A DNA stretch of 33,148 nucleotides from a virus (IMGVR_UViG_3300045285_000043:1-33148), one strand, 5' to 3'. Shown: positions 1 through 8,920, counted from the first letter of the stretch. Notes: generated by a model from the letters alone, not told the origin. Translations and numbers: made by a program.

Positions 1-109
1 CCTTCAGCTTGCCGGAATTGATCATCGCATACAGCACGTTCTCGCCTCGGTCAGAATATTCTTTGTCGAGCGCGCGCTTCACGGTCTCGCCCTTCTTGGT
101 CAACGGCAT
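1..109 (-). CDS. Small phage hypothetical protein, 3' end outside the window (MPLTKKGETVKRALDKEYSDRGENVLYAMINSGKLK...)
   Basis: Translated by hand; ATG at 109 overlaps the upstream TGA (TGATG). Confidence 0.6.
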   Translation of the reverse strand, partial: MPLTKKGETVKRALDKEYSDRGENVLYAMINSGKLK

Positions 110-285
110 CAGCGTGTCACCCTGTCGAGTTCGGCCGAGAACTGCCGCAGCATCACGGCCACCACATGCGGATCAGCGCCCGCGTCAAGTTCATCGGCGA
201 ATTGCGCCAGCGCCTCGGAGAAGCAGCGCAATCCCTCCTCCATTCGTGCGTGCAGCAGTGTCAGCGTGCCGCGGTTGACCTCCAT
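109..285 (-). CDS. Hypothetical protein, 58 aa (MEVNRGTLTLLHARMEEG...)
   Basis: Translated by hand; TGATG-coupled to both neighbours. Confidence 0.55.
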   Translation of the reverse strand: MEVNRGTLTLLHARMEEGLRCFSEALAQFADELDAGADPHVVAVMLRQFSAELDRVTR

Positions 286-512
286 CACGCGCGATCCTGT
301 CCCAACAAATCCCTGGCACGCTGCGCGTCACCGTTCAGGCGCACCTCAGACGGACAAAACGAGCCAAGAACTTCGCGCGTAATCATCTCTGCCAAGTCTG
401 CCCATTCGTCCCGGTTCATCCGAATTGACGGGTGCAGTGCAGAGAATGCGTCAATCACCTCGACCGCTATCTCATTGGCAGTCAGCCGCAAATCCTCTGA
501 CACGTCCATCAC
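285..512 (-). CDS. Hypothetical protein, 75 aa
   Basis: Start overlaps the portal stop codon; same strand as the operon. Confidence 0.6.
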   Translation of the reverse strand: MMDVSEDLRLTANEIAVEVIDAFSALHPSIRMNRDEWADLAEMITREVLGSFCPSEVRLNGDAQRARDLLGQDRA

Positions 513-2716
513 GCCCCTCCCGGCGTTGCCGCCTGCTGCCCCACATTCGGCACCAGCGGATGCGCCGGGCCTCCAGGCGTGCCGGTAATCGGCACCGCGC
601 CCGTCGCACCCGGCAGCGAACCACCCGCCGCCAGCGTCTGCAAGCCCGGCTGCGCCGACATCACCGCCGGCCCGAGATTGTCCTGCAACGCCTGCCGCAC
701 CGTCTCGCGGATCAGCGCCTGCAACGCCACCGGATCGAGCGGCAGCGCATCCTTCAGCGCACTCAGCCGCTTGGTGTCGGCATCGAAGGCGTCGATCACC
801 GCCTCCTGATCCCGCGCCTTGCTCTTCAGCCTTTCCTCGGTCAGAGACTGCATCGCCTCGGACAGCAGCCGCTGCGCGTTCGCGCCAGCCGCCTGCGCAA
901 TCTGCAACTGCTTCTGCAACGCATCAACCGCCTTGGCCGCCTCGGGCGACAGGCCCGGCTTCAGCCGCTCGGCCATCTCGTCGGCCAGCGGGAAGTCGGC
1001 CACGCGGAACAGCAGATCGCCCACACGGTCGATAAGCTGCGGCGCCTGCGTCAGAATCTGCACGATCGCCTGGAATGCCTCCTGCCGCTGCGTCGCGTAG
1101 TCCGGCCCGACATCCGAGACGACCGCATACTGCCCCACACGCGGGTTGAACAGCACGCCGTTCTCGGTGACCTGGCAGGCGCCCTGGCATTGCGGGTCGA
1201 TGGTCACGCTGTCCTCGGTGCCGTCCTCGCCCAGGATGCGCTTGACACGGCGGGTGTCATACACCTCGGCGATCAGTTCCAGCAGGATCTGCCCCTCGCG
1301 GCGGATGGCGATGGCCTGCTGGTCGGTGAAGTGGTACGTCGCGCGGTCGCCCTGGCGCTGGCGCTCATTGATGGCTCGGCCGGAAACTTCGTTGCTCGGG
1401 GCGCCCATCTCGGCCTCATACTGGCCGGAGGCGATCATCATGTCCCGCTCTGCCGCCGTCGCCCCCTCGATGAAAGCAGGCGCCGATGCCGGCGGTTCAA
1501 CGCGCGTTGGCCGCTCGATCGGCTGGCCGTTCTCGTCAACGTCGTTGTACGGCAGGATCGCGTGGTTCTCGCGGTTCGCGGTCTGCCAGTATGTCTCGTA
1601 TCCCTCGATAGCCCGCGCCGAGCCCATCCACGGCATCTTGCCCTGTAGCGCGCCGTATTGGACACTCGCGCTGCGATTGTAGTTCAACATCCGCTGCGCA
1701 TCCTTCAGCGCGCGGGTGTGACCCTTGCGGTCGAGCACGTTGTCGATGACGGTCTGCTCGCCGATCCACGGCACGATCGGGACGGAACGGCCAGGCGGGT
1801 CCTTCTCGTCCACGACGTGATCGCCGATGATCTTGTACCACTTGAGCCGCTTGGTGACGACGGGCCGGCGCTTGAGCTCGCCGCCGTCCGCCTCGACCTG
1901 CGCCTCCCACTCGCGCAACAGCTTGGCGTTGATCGCGCTGCGCAGGATCACATCGCCATCGGGGCTGCCTAGCAGCTCGTCCTCGGTCTCCACGATCACG
2001 TAGTATTCGCACTCGCGCACGGTCTTTTCGCGCACCCATCCGGCGCTGCTGCCATCGACCGCGTTCGTCGTGGTGATCTTGCCCTCAAGCTGCGGGTATT
2101 CCTTCAGCACCGCAGCGCGCGGGCGGTCGGCGAACACAAAGCCATAGCGCGCGTCGGAGCCGTCGAGTTCCACGGCGTCGGGATCGAGGTAGCACGCGGA
2201 CGGATCGGGAATGCCGCGAATGTAGATTTCCTGATCGAAGGTCTTATCGTGCTCATAGTCGGTGGTGACGCGCGTGAAGCCCAGCCCGGCCTGCACCTGA
2301 AATTCGATGGCCATCCCGCGATGCACGCTGGCGTTGGACACGTTCTCGATGTGACGGACGATGCCCTCGTACACCTCGGCCGCCTTGGCGGTGGCGCCAT
2401 CGCCGACCGGGCGGTATTTGATGCTGCTCTTGCGCTGTTTGGCGTCGTTGATGATCTGGAGGTTGTGCTGGCGCACCTTGCTGATGGTCAGCGTCGGTGC
2501 TGCCTCGTTCTCGCGCTGGCCGTAGATTTCGTCCGGCCATTGATAGTGGTTGTCGCTGTCGCCGTTGGCGAATTTATAGTCATCGATCCAACGCAGGCGT
2601 GCGGTGGCCTCCCACTTCTGGCAGCGATCGAATCGCCGATGCGCCTCGCGCACGATCGGATCAGGCGAGATGCCGTACGTGTTGTCGTCGGTGTCGCGGG
2701 TGAGAACGTCGCTCAT
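509..2716 (-). CDS. Portal protein, P22-like
   Basis: 735 aa downstream of terL; EVSGRAI and GPDYATQRQEA segments and a C-terminal coiled coil typical of P22-type portals. Confidence 0.9.
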   Translation of the reverse strand: MSDVLTRDTDDNTYGISPDPIVREAHRRFDRCQKWEATARLRWIDDYKFANGDSDNHYQWPDEIYGQRENEAAPTLTISKVRQHNLQIINDAKQRKSSIKYRPVGDGATAKAAEVYEGIVRHIENVSNASVHRGMAIEFQVQAGLGFTRVTTDYEHDKTFDQEIYIRGIPDPSACYLDPDAVELDGSDARYGFVFADRPRAAVLKEYPQLEGKITTTNAVDGSSAGWVREKTVRECEYYVIVETEDELLGSPDGDVILRSAINAKLLREWEAQVEADGGELKRRPVVTKRLKWYKIIGDHVVDEKDPPGRSVPIVPWIGEQTVIDNVLDRKGHTRALKDAQRMLNYNRSASVQYGALQGKMPWMGSARAIEGYETYWQTANRENHAILPYNDVDENGQPIERPTRVEPPASAPAFIEGATAAERDMMIASGQYEAEMGAPSNEVSGRAINERQRQGDRATYHFTDQQAIAIRREGQILLELIAEVYDTRRVKRILGEDGTEDSVTIDPQCQGACQVTENGVLFNPRVGQYAVVSDVGPDYATQRQEAFQAIVQILTQAPQLIDRVGDLLFRVADFPLADEMAERLKPGLSPEAAKAVDALQKQLQIAQAAGANAQRLLSEAMQSLTEERLKSKARDQEAVIDAFDADTKRLSALKDALPLDPVALQALIRETVRQALQDNLGPAVMSAQPGLQTLAAGGSLPGATGAVPITGTPGGPAHPLVPNVGQQAATPGGA

Positions 2717-2719
2717 GCG

Positions 2720-3712
2720 CTAGTCGGCGGCCGCCGAAAATGCTTTTGCTACCCGCTCATCCTCGGGATCGAGGCACGCGAACAGATCGGCCTGGCGACG
2801 CGGCAAGCACGCCGGAGAATACCAGACGCACTCCTGATCCGTGGTCTGGCTACCTGAATACGTGAACCGCCCGCGCGACCACGGCACGGCATCCCAGCCT
2901 GGCAGGGCATAGTCATCAGCATGGCCGCAAAGCGCAATCCGCAGATGCGCGTTATCCCGCGCCCATGCCTCGACCGCATCGGCAACCGGCGCCTGATCAC
3001 CATACAGCCGCTCGTATGACCGATACGGCGGATCGAGGAACACCGCGGTGCTGGCGCCGCCGAAGTGGTTGTTGAGGCAGCGCGTCCAGTCGCCATGCAC
3101 CACACGGACGCGCTCCAGCCGGTCGGCGAGCTTGTGCAGCCACCGCCATGCGGTGCGGCCGGAGGATGTCAAGAGGTGGTCATAACCCCTCCCCGCATCG
3201 CTGGCGTGCGGCACCTTCCCCACGGCCTGGATGCCCATGCCCGCAGAGGTGGCGTCGTCGCCTTCCCCAAGGCCTGGATGCCCATGCCCGCATCGCTGGC
3301 GTGCGGAACCTGCCCACTCACACCAACCGGAGCCAATCCAGCAGCACTGACCGTGTAGCCAGCGCCCAGCCGCCTTGGCGTCCCCCGGCCACTCGATGTC
3401 CTGCAGGCCGGCGCCGATCGCCTCACGCTGCGCCATCAGCCAGATATGCGCGGCGCCCAGGTCGATGTGCGACACCGGATAGTCGGCCCACTCGGCGACG
3501 GCGGCCGGCTGATATTTCACCGCGCGCCAAAAGTTGGCGATGAACCCCGAGGCATCGCAGACGACTTCGAGCGACGCCGGACGAGGTGCGGCCAGCAGCA
3601 CGGCAGCCGAGCCGCAAAACGGCTCGATGTATTGATCCACAGCCCCAAGCCGCACCCACACGTCGGCCGTCACCGATCGCTTGCCACCGAAGTAGGGGAA
3701 CGGGGCAATCAT
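2720..3712 (-). CDS. N6-adenine DNA methyltransferase (D12/Dam-like class)
   Basis: FPYFGGK, YIEPFCGS and DPPY motifs; ATG at 3712 overlaps the terL stop (alternative GTG at 3724). Confidence 0.85.
   Translation of the reverse strand: MIAPFPYFGGKRSVTADVWVRLGAVDQYIEPFCGSAAVLLAAPRPASLEVVCDASGFIANFWRAVKYQPAAVAEWADYPVSHIDLGAAHIWLMAQREAIGAGLQDIEWPGDAKAAGRWLHGQCCWIGSGWCEWAGSARQRCGHGHPGLGEGDDATSAGMGIQAVGKVPHASDAGRGYDHLLTSSGRTAWRWLHKLADRLERVRVVHGDWTRCLNNHFGGASTAVFLDPPYRSYERLYGDQAPVADAVEAWARDNAHLRIALCGHADDYALPGWDAVPWSRGRFTYSGSQTTDQECVWYSPACLPRRQADLFACLDPEDERVAKAFSAAAD
3192..3315. repeat. Degenerate ~48-nt tandem repeat inside the methyltransferase (unit GKVPHASDAGMGIQAV)
   Basis: ggcctggatgcccatgcccgca at 3224 and 3271; cccgcatcgctggcgtgcgg at 3192 and 3287. 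Confidence 0.85.
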
Positions 3713-5007
3713 CGTCCGAGCCACGCCCCGCCGCTGCCGCTGCGCTGGAGGGTCAGAGGACGCGGCGGAACGGGCTTGAACGCGGGCTTCACCTTCGCCT
3801 CGCGCAGCGTCATCGCCATCACCATGAACGCATCCGCGGCGTGCGAATGCTCATCGTGCAACGGCTCACGCGAGCGCTGGCCGGTCTCAGGGTCAACGTC
3901 GTACTGGTAGTGCCGAAGATGCTGCACGCCGTGTGCGGCATTCTCACGGTCAAACCAGCACTGTCCGAAGATCGACCGTCCGGCCTCGATCTGCGTCACC
4001 TTGCTCGACCGGCCAAGCACCTGAACCTTGGAGAACGCTGCACGCATCTGTTGCGTGATGGTGCGCTCGCTGGCCAGCAGGTCATGGTCAGCGTCGTGCG
4101 GCAGCCAATGCGTGCCATAGGCATAGGGCCGCTCCTTGAGCACCTTGACGTAGTGCTGAAGCTGCTGGCCGCAGTTCTCATAGAAATCGATCACGCGGAA
4201 CTCAAAGTTCACCACCTGCGCAAACCAAATCGAGCAGAAGTCGCGTTTGCCGAGATCCCAGAACGTATCCACCGGCTTGGTTGACACATAGGGCACGCTT
4301 GTGATGCGCTCATGTGCCACGCAGTCGCGTATCTCCTGCGCGAACACCGCACCGTCGAGCGTCTGCCGGCAGGCGCCCCCATAGACGTGGAGGTAGTCAT
4401 CGATGCTGCGCTCGCGCAGATCGTCCATCTCGGCACGCAGTGTATCAGGGAACCACGGGTTGTCTTGCCATCCGATCGGGATGACGATGGCGCCAGCCGG
4501 TGGCTTGACCACGAAGCGCTGGTAAGTCTCGTCGGTCTCAAGCTCGGGGTTGAACGACACCCAGATTTCCGAGTCATCCTTGCGGATGGTCGGAATGAGC
4601 GTCATCCACGAATGCCGCGAGACGTTGACCGCTTCCTCGACCCAGCAGATGTCAATGCCCTCGAATGACTTGATCGCGCCGATATTGGTGCGGATGCCGG
4701 CGAAGCGGAACTCGGTGCCGTTGGCATGGTAGATCGTGGCCTTCTCGACGGTGAACTGATCGGCCATGCCGAGTTCAAAGATTTGGTCGGCGAGCAGCTT
4801 ATGCACGCTGTCGGCGATGGATGACTGGAACTCACGGGCGCAGAGGATGCGAAGCGGGCGTTGCGCGCCCATGATCAGCAAGGTGCGCGCAATGCTCCAC
4901 GACTTGGCACCGCCGCGTCCGCCATACAGCACCTTGTAGCGTGCATGGTCGAACAGCGGCGCCAGACGTTCAGGAAGGTCGGCTTCCAGTTCCAGATGGG
5001 CGGACAA
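3709..5007 (-). CDS. terL: Terminase large subunit (PBSX/Terminase_3 type)
   Basis: GGRGGAKS Walker A, CAREFQ, WVEEA Walker B, SFNP, nuclease WDLG and HAADA motifs; TTG start. Confidence 0.93.
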   Translation of the reverse strand: MSAHLELEADLPERLAPLFDHARYKVLYGGRGGAKSWSIARTLLIMGAQRPLRILCAREFQSSIADSVHKLLADQIFELGMADQFTVEKATIYHANGTEFRFAGIRTNIGAIKSFEGIDICWVEEAVNVSRHSWMTLIPTIRKDDSEIWVSFNPELETDETYQRFVVKPPAGAIVIPIGWQDNPWFPDTLRAEMDDLRERSIDDYLHVYGGACRQTLDGAVFAQEIRDCVAHERITSVPYVSTKPVDTFWDLGKRDFCSIWFAQVVNFEFRVIDFYENCGQQLQHYVKVLKERPYAYGTHWLPHDADHDLLASERTITQQMRAAFSKVQVLGRSSKVTQIEAGRSIFGQCWFDRENAAHGVQHLRHYQYDVDPETGQRSREPLHDEHSHAADAFMVMAMTLREAKVKPAFKPVPPRPLTLQRSGSGGAWLGR

Positions 5008-5296
5008 ACTTCACTCTCATGCTGATAGCAACGGGCGCCTCGTCATCGTCGCCTGCGATCAGTTGGGTGGCTTTGCCAAAACCACGGTCGAGGAGTTCCT
5101 TGATGGCCATGGTCTGGGTTGACTGAGACTCGGCGGGAGGTAGTAGTTGGCCGTCCTCGCCGACCAGCAGACCGCTCAGTTCGGCTAGGCGGCGAATTGC
5201 AGACGGACCATAGGATTGCGCCAGTCCCTTAATGTCAGCGGCCAGCTTATTGACTGAACCCTTGACCCGTCCGCCAGTCTTTCGCCCCTTCGCCAT
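4970..5296 (-). CDS. terS: Terminase small subunit
   Basis: MAKGRKTGGRVKGSVNK N-terminus, ELLDRGFGK segment, immediately upstream of terL. Confidence 0.75.
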   Translation of the reverse strand: MAKGRKTGGRVKGSVNKLAADIKGLAQSYGPSAIRRLAELSGLLVGEDGQLLPPAESQSTQTMAIKELLDRGFGKATQLIAGDDDEAPVAISMRVKFVRPSGTGSRPS

Positions 5297-5321
5297 CGTA
5301 CCTGTCTAAATTAGAATACGC

Positions 5322-5810
5322 CTACGCCGCGGCGATCTGGAACGCGAGGATCATGGTTCCGTTGCTCGCGGCGGTGCCGGTGTTGCGGAGGGTGACGACG
5401 AACGAGCCGGCGGCGGGCACGACGGACTGCACGATCATGCCGGGGACGGTGTTGGTGCCGGGCGATAGCTGCGTCTGGATGACGGACGCGGTGGTCACCA
5501 GGGTGTTCGTCACGGTGATGATGAAGGTTGCGTTGGCGGCAACGGCGGTGCCTGCGGTGACGATGCGCCCGGAGAGGGTGGAGAGGGTTGCGGCGTTGGC
5601 GGCCTCGGTGGCGGTGTTGAGGGCGATCGAGCCGGCGAGTGCGGCGATCTGGAACAGGGAGACGGCGACGGAGGCGGGGGCGGCGCCGGTGGTGGTGGCG
5701 CGGCCGGTATCGGCGGGGACGAGTTCGTAGCCGGTGAGCGTGGTGTAGACGCCAGCGCCGGGAAGGCCGGGTGCAACGAGGGGAAGGCCGTTGGTATGAA
5801 GTCCAGCCAT
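5322..5810 (-). CDS. Putative virion structural/decoration protein (Ala/Thr-rich, beta-rich)
   Basis: 162 aa with AAGGAG RBS; composition and late-operon position; function inferred. Confidence 0.55.
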   Translation of the reverse strand: MAGLHTNGLPLVAPGLPGAGVYTTLTGYELVPADTGRATTTGAAPASVAVSLFQIAALAGSIALNTATEAANAATLSTLSGRIVTAGTAVAANATFIITVTNTLVTTASVIQTQLSPGTNTVPGMIVQSVVPAAGSFVVTLRNTGTAASNGTMILAFQIAAA

Positions 5811-5850
5811 TTGTGTATACTCCTTGTTTTCGATAGTGTATAGTTACGGG

Positions 5851-6522
5851 ATGGACCACAAAGCGCCGAACGGCACGATGGACGAGAACCTGATTAGCCG
5901 CAGGGAGGCACAGAATGCCGGATTACCGACCTATTTTACCGGTGAGCCATGTAAGCACATGCACATTGCGAGACGGTGGGTCCGCAACAGCGACTGCTGC
6001 GAGTGCAACAAGACGCGCGCCGGTAAATGGCACACCGACCATCGTGAAGAAGCTCTAGCCCGCCTTCATAAGCTTTCTGTGAACAACGCCGAAACACATC
6101 GCAAGAGAGCCAAGGAATGGTACTACGCCAATCCGCAACGGGCCAAGGAGCAGAGGAAAAAGTGGGGCACTGACAACCTTGAACGAAAGCGCGAACTAAA
6201 CGCAGCATGGCGGCAACGCAATTTGCTTAAGGTGCAAAAGCGAGCAGTTACCAAGGAAGCGACGCGGAGGGCTCAAAAGCGCGCTTCGGCCGGCACATTC
6301 ACTCCGCAAGATGTCGAGTTCATCCTGAAAGCTCAGAGACATCACTGCGCTTACTGTCGCAAGCGTCTGTCAAAGCGTTACCACATTGACCACATCGTGG
6401 CGTTGGCACGAGGCGGTTCCAACGACAGCCGCAACATCCAGGCGCTTTGTCCTACCTGCAACATAGCGAAGGGCGCCAAGCATCCGATCGACTTCGCCCA
6501 ACTGCGCGGGCTGCTGATCTAG
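5851..6522 (+). CDS. Free-standing HNH endonuclease with N-terminal Cys/His domain
   Basis: CAYC...HIDHIVALARGGSN...CPTCNIAK HNH core; N-terminal YFTGEPCKHMH...CCEC; antisense to neighbours; start could be 5878. Confidence 0.88.
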   Translation: MDHKAPNGTMDENLISRREAQNAGLPTYFTGEPCKHMHIARRWVRNSDCCECNKTRAGKWHTDHREEALARLHKLSVNNAETHRKRAKEWYYANPQRAKEQRKKWGTDNLERKRELNAAWRQRNLLKVQKRAVTKEATRRAQKRASAGTFTPQDVEFILKAQRHHCAYCRKRLSKRYHIDHIVALARGGSNDSRNIQALCPTCNIAKGAKHPIDFAQLRGLLI

Positions 6523-6711
6523 CTACTCGCTCTGTCCGGTGCGATCGGGCTTGCTGGCCTTGTCGTTGGCCATGCACTTGTTGACGCGGGCGATGCCTGC
6601 GCGGAGGGCGTCGGCGCCGGAGTTGTTGGGGTGCGGCGCGGTGACGCGGGAGACGGACTTGCCGTATTGAATGTCGCGGTTGGATGCGACGGTGGCGGGA
6701 TTGGTGGCCAT
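6523..6711 (-). CDS. Hypothetical protein, 62 aa
   Basis: AGGAG RBS upstream; lies in the late operon. Confidence 0.6.
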   Translation of the reverse strand: MATNPATVASNRDIQYGKSVSRVTAPHPNNSGADALRAGIARVNKCMANDKASKPDRTGQSE

Positions 6712-6732
6712 GGGGATCTCCTGTTGCTGGGG

Positions 6733-6939
6733 TTACTTCTTGCGCAGAACGCGATCGGCCTTGGCGTCGATACGCCCCTTCTCGGACGCTGACATGCGGC
6801 CGGCGTTCTCGGCCTGCGAGGCGCGCGCCTTGGCGTTGGCGGCGTGAGAGCGATCGGGCATCGGATACTTGCGCTCGCCAGGTTCGCCGAACTTGGCATC
6901 GGACAACCGATCGCGACCTTTCGCGGTGAGCTTGGCCAT
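6733..6939 (-). CDS. Small basic phage protein, 68 aa (MAKLTAKGRDRLSDAKFGEPGERKYPMPDRSHAANAKARASQ; DUF6582-like)
   Basis: ATG at 6939 overlaps the upstream TGA; resembles a recurrent small phage head-region protein. Confidence 0.7.
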   Translation of the reverse strand: MAKLTAKGRDRLSDAKFGEPGERKYPMPDRSHAANAKARASQAENAGRMSASEKGRIDAKADRVLRKK

Positions 6940-7148
6940 CAGCGCTGCCCGCCGTTGAAGCCTGGCGGCATGGGTCGCTGGACCTTGCGCTCGACGGTAG
7001 GGTTGACGCGCGCGACGGGCGTGAGGGGTGTGCCTGGCGCGGTCATGGCGGCGGGCGGGGTGAGGCCACGGCCGCGGGAGGGTGGCGATCCGGCGGTGCG
7101 ATCGACGGTTGCGATGGCGGCGCGCATGGACTTGGGCGGCGGCTTCAT
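6939..7148 (-). CDS. Proline-rich hypothetical protein, 69 aa
   Basis: GAGGAG RBS; ATGA overlap with the NusG-like gene. Confidence 0.55.
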   Translation of the reverse strand: MKPPPKSMRAAIATVDRTAGSPPSRGRGLTPPAAMTAPGTPLTPVARVNPTVERKVQRPMPPGFNGGQR

Positions 7149-7765
7149 CGTGGCTCCTCGCGCGGGATGAGGGAGGCGAGCGGGACGGTGAGGGAGCGGA
7201 CGGCGCCGAAGATGATGACGCCGACGCTGGCGACGGATGCGGGAAGGTTGACGGTGAGGACCACGGCGTCGTGGTTGGCGAAGGGGCCTGCAGCGAGGCG
7301 GCAGGGTGCGCCTGGTGCCCATGAGGATGTGGCGGCGGCGGGAGAGAGGCGGGCGGCCTCACCGGCCTGTATGGCCTCTACGATGCCGCGTGGCACGCGG
7401 TCTGGGTGGCTGTTGTGGGATGCGAGGATCAGACGAAGCACTCCGGGGCAGTATCGGATTGGTGTCCATGAATCGCGCGCGGTCATGCGGACGAACAGGT
7501 AATTGCCGAACAGCGGCACGAGGACGGTATGCCAGAGCGAGGACAATACGCGGTCGCGGCGACGGACTGCGGCGAGCGGCAAATAAGACTGATATCCGCA
7601 ACGGGTCAGATTGACCTGTGCCCAGCGCTCAGCTTGCGGGTGCGTCTGACAGACAGCCCAGAACGAGGTTTCTGGCATGCGTCCGCACCGTACGGGAAGT
7701 GTCCCATACGGTGCGACAGCGGTATCTAACCCGGTATCCGGTAGCGTGTCAATGAGTGTCGTCAT
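7145..7765 (-). CDS. NusG/RfaH-family transcription antiterminator (phage paralog)
   Basis: NGN domain (WAVCQTHPQAE...YLPL...PLFGNYLFV...PGVLRLI) plus KOW-like GAPCRLAAGPF; start 7765 or 7678. Confidence 0.85.
   Translation of the reverse strand: MTTLIDTLPDTGLDTAVAPYGTLPVRCGRMPETSFWAVCQTHPQAERWAQVNLTRCGYQSYLPLAAVRRRDRVLSSLWHTVLVPLFGNYLFVRMTARDSWTPIRYCPGVLRLILASHNSHPDRVPRGIVEAIQAGEAARLSPAAATSSWAPGAPCRLAAGPFANHDAVVLTVNLPASVASVGVIIFGAVRSLTVPLASLIPREEPR
7723..7752 (-). promoter_or_regulatory. Candidate sigma70-type promoter TTGACA-N18-TAGATA facing the late genes
   Basis: Perfect -35 at 7752..7747; imperfect -10. Confidence 0.4.
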
Positions 7766-8085
7766 TCCGTCCATGTGTCGCTGATCGCCTCTTCTTCCAG
7801 GCGGATGCGCTCCTGCTCGATGTCCTCGGTTTCCCATTGGACCATGAGGCTGCGGGCCTGGCTCAGAGCGTGATCGTATTTCAGGCCGCAGGAGCATTCG
7901 CGCCATTCCTTGGTGCCGGCCTTACAGCGCTCGCCGGTTGGCTTGCATCCTAACTCGATTTGAAGCGCGATGAAGGCGGCGGCGCGCAGCAGCATGATGC
8001 TCTGGGTGGTGGAGTTGTGGATGATCCAGGACGCATATCGTTCGCGATGAATCCTAGTTACCAGCGCATCTTTGCTGTCTGCCAC
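7762..8085 (-). CDS. Hypothetical protein, 107 aa
   Basis: Fills the gap in the operon; stop overlaps the next ATG. Confidence 0.45.
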   Translation of the reverse strand: MADSKDALVTRIHRERYASWIIHNSTTQSIMLLRAAAFIALQIELGCKPTGERCKAGTKEWRECSCGLKYDHALSQARSLMVQWETEDIEQERIRLEEEAISDTWTE

Positions 8086-8099
8086 GACGAGAACAGCGC

Positions 8100-8477
8100 T
8101 CAGGGGCTAGGGGTTGCGACCGGGGTGTTTGCGGTTACGGCTGCGCTGAGTGCGTCGGCGTTGGCCTGGATTTTAGTGCCGAGGTCGGTGAACGACTGTA
8201 GTTGGGCGGTGGTGGCACCGGCGCTCTGGGCGGCGGCGACGGCGGCGGCGAGTTGGGCGGCGAAGCCGTTGATCATGGTGGCGGCAGCGTTGGTTGCGTC
8301 GGTATCGGCCTGCACGCGGGCGGTGAGGTCGGCGATGGCGGTGTCGATGGAGCCGGACATGGTGATGATCCTGTGAGTGAGGTCGGAGACCGACCTAGCG
8401 AGTGCCTGGACATCATCGCGCAGGGCGGCGAGCTGCGCGGTCGTGGTGCGGGAGCTGTCGAAGCGGAACATGGTCAT
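8100..8477 (-). CDS. Ala-rich coiled-coil phage protein
   Basis: 125 aa helical sequence (IADLTARVQADTDATNAAATMINGFAAQL). Confidence 0.65.
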   Translation of the reverse strand: MTMFRFDSSRTTTAQLAALRDDVQALARSVSDLTHRIITMSGSIDTAIADLTARVQADTDATNAAATMINGFAAQLAAAVAAAQSAGATTAQLQSFTDLGTKIQANADALSAAVTANTPVATPSP

Positions 8478-8519
8478 GTGGTGGCCTGAAGAAAGTTTCG
8501 CCTTGGCACGGAATAGCTG

Positions 8520-8553
8520 TTGACACCCGCCCCATAGATAGCGATAATCGCTA
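8520..8553 (+). promoter_or_regulatory. Sigma70 promoter TTGACA-N17-GATAAT with perfect inverted repeat TAGCGAT-A-ATCGCTA over the -10 box
   Basis: -35 at 8520-8525, -10 at 8543-8548, palindrome at 8539-8553. Confidence 0.75.
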
Positions 8554-8593
8554 CCAGCAGAGGGGATGGCCCCTCGGGAACGGGAGACGGACG

Positions 8594-8893
8594 ATGGGTA
8601 TTTACGGATGCGATGGGTTCAAGGCCGTTGAGGCTGATAGCCCGCACGGTGCTGCGGTTGCATTTGCTAATCGCAAGGCTCGTCGTGAGTTTGGAAAGCG
8701 TGGTTACTGCCGCACCGCGCGGCTCGATAATTGGACCGAGAATGGTCACGTTTTCACGTTTGAAGCCTTCATTGGCTACGACGTGGAGCGCGGCACCTGC
8801 TCGGGTCATAACATCTGGCTTTACGTCCGGCCGCGTCCCGACGCTGAAACCGGCGTAACGCTGATCCCCGAGATCGCGTTTTGGCCTGACTGA
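8594..8893 (+). CDS. Hypothetical protein, 99 aa (MGIYGCDGFKAVEADSP...)
   Basis: GGAG RBS; first gene after the promoter. Confidence 0.7.
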   Translation: MGIYGCDGFKAVEADSPHGAAVAFANRKARREFGKRGYCRTARLDNWTENGHVFTFEAFIGYDVERGTCSGHNIWLYVRPRPDAETGVTLIPEIAFWPD

Positions 8894-8920
8894 CCCCACC
8901 CGCGACACAGGAGACGGACG

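Noticed and set aside
425-1648. Long plus-strand ORFs opposite the portal (and similar ones opposite terL, helicase and tail genes)
   Set aside because: Antisense shadows of GC-rich genes; Arg/Pro-rich with no recognisable motifs
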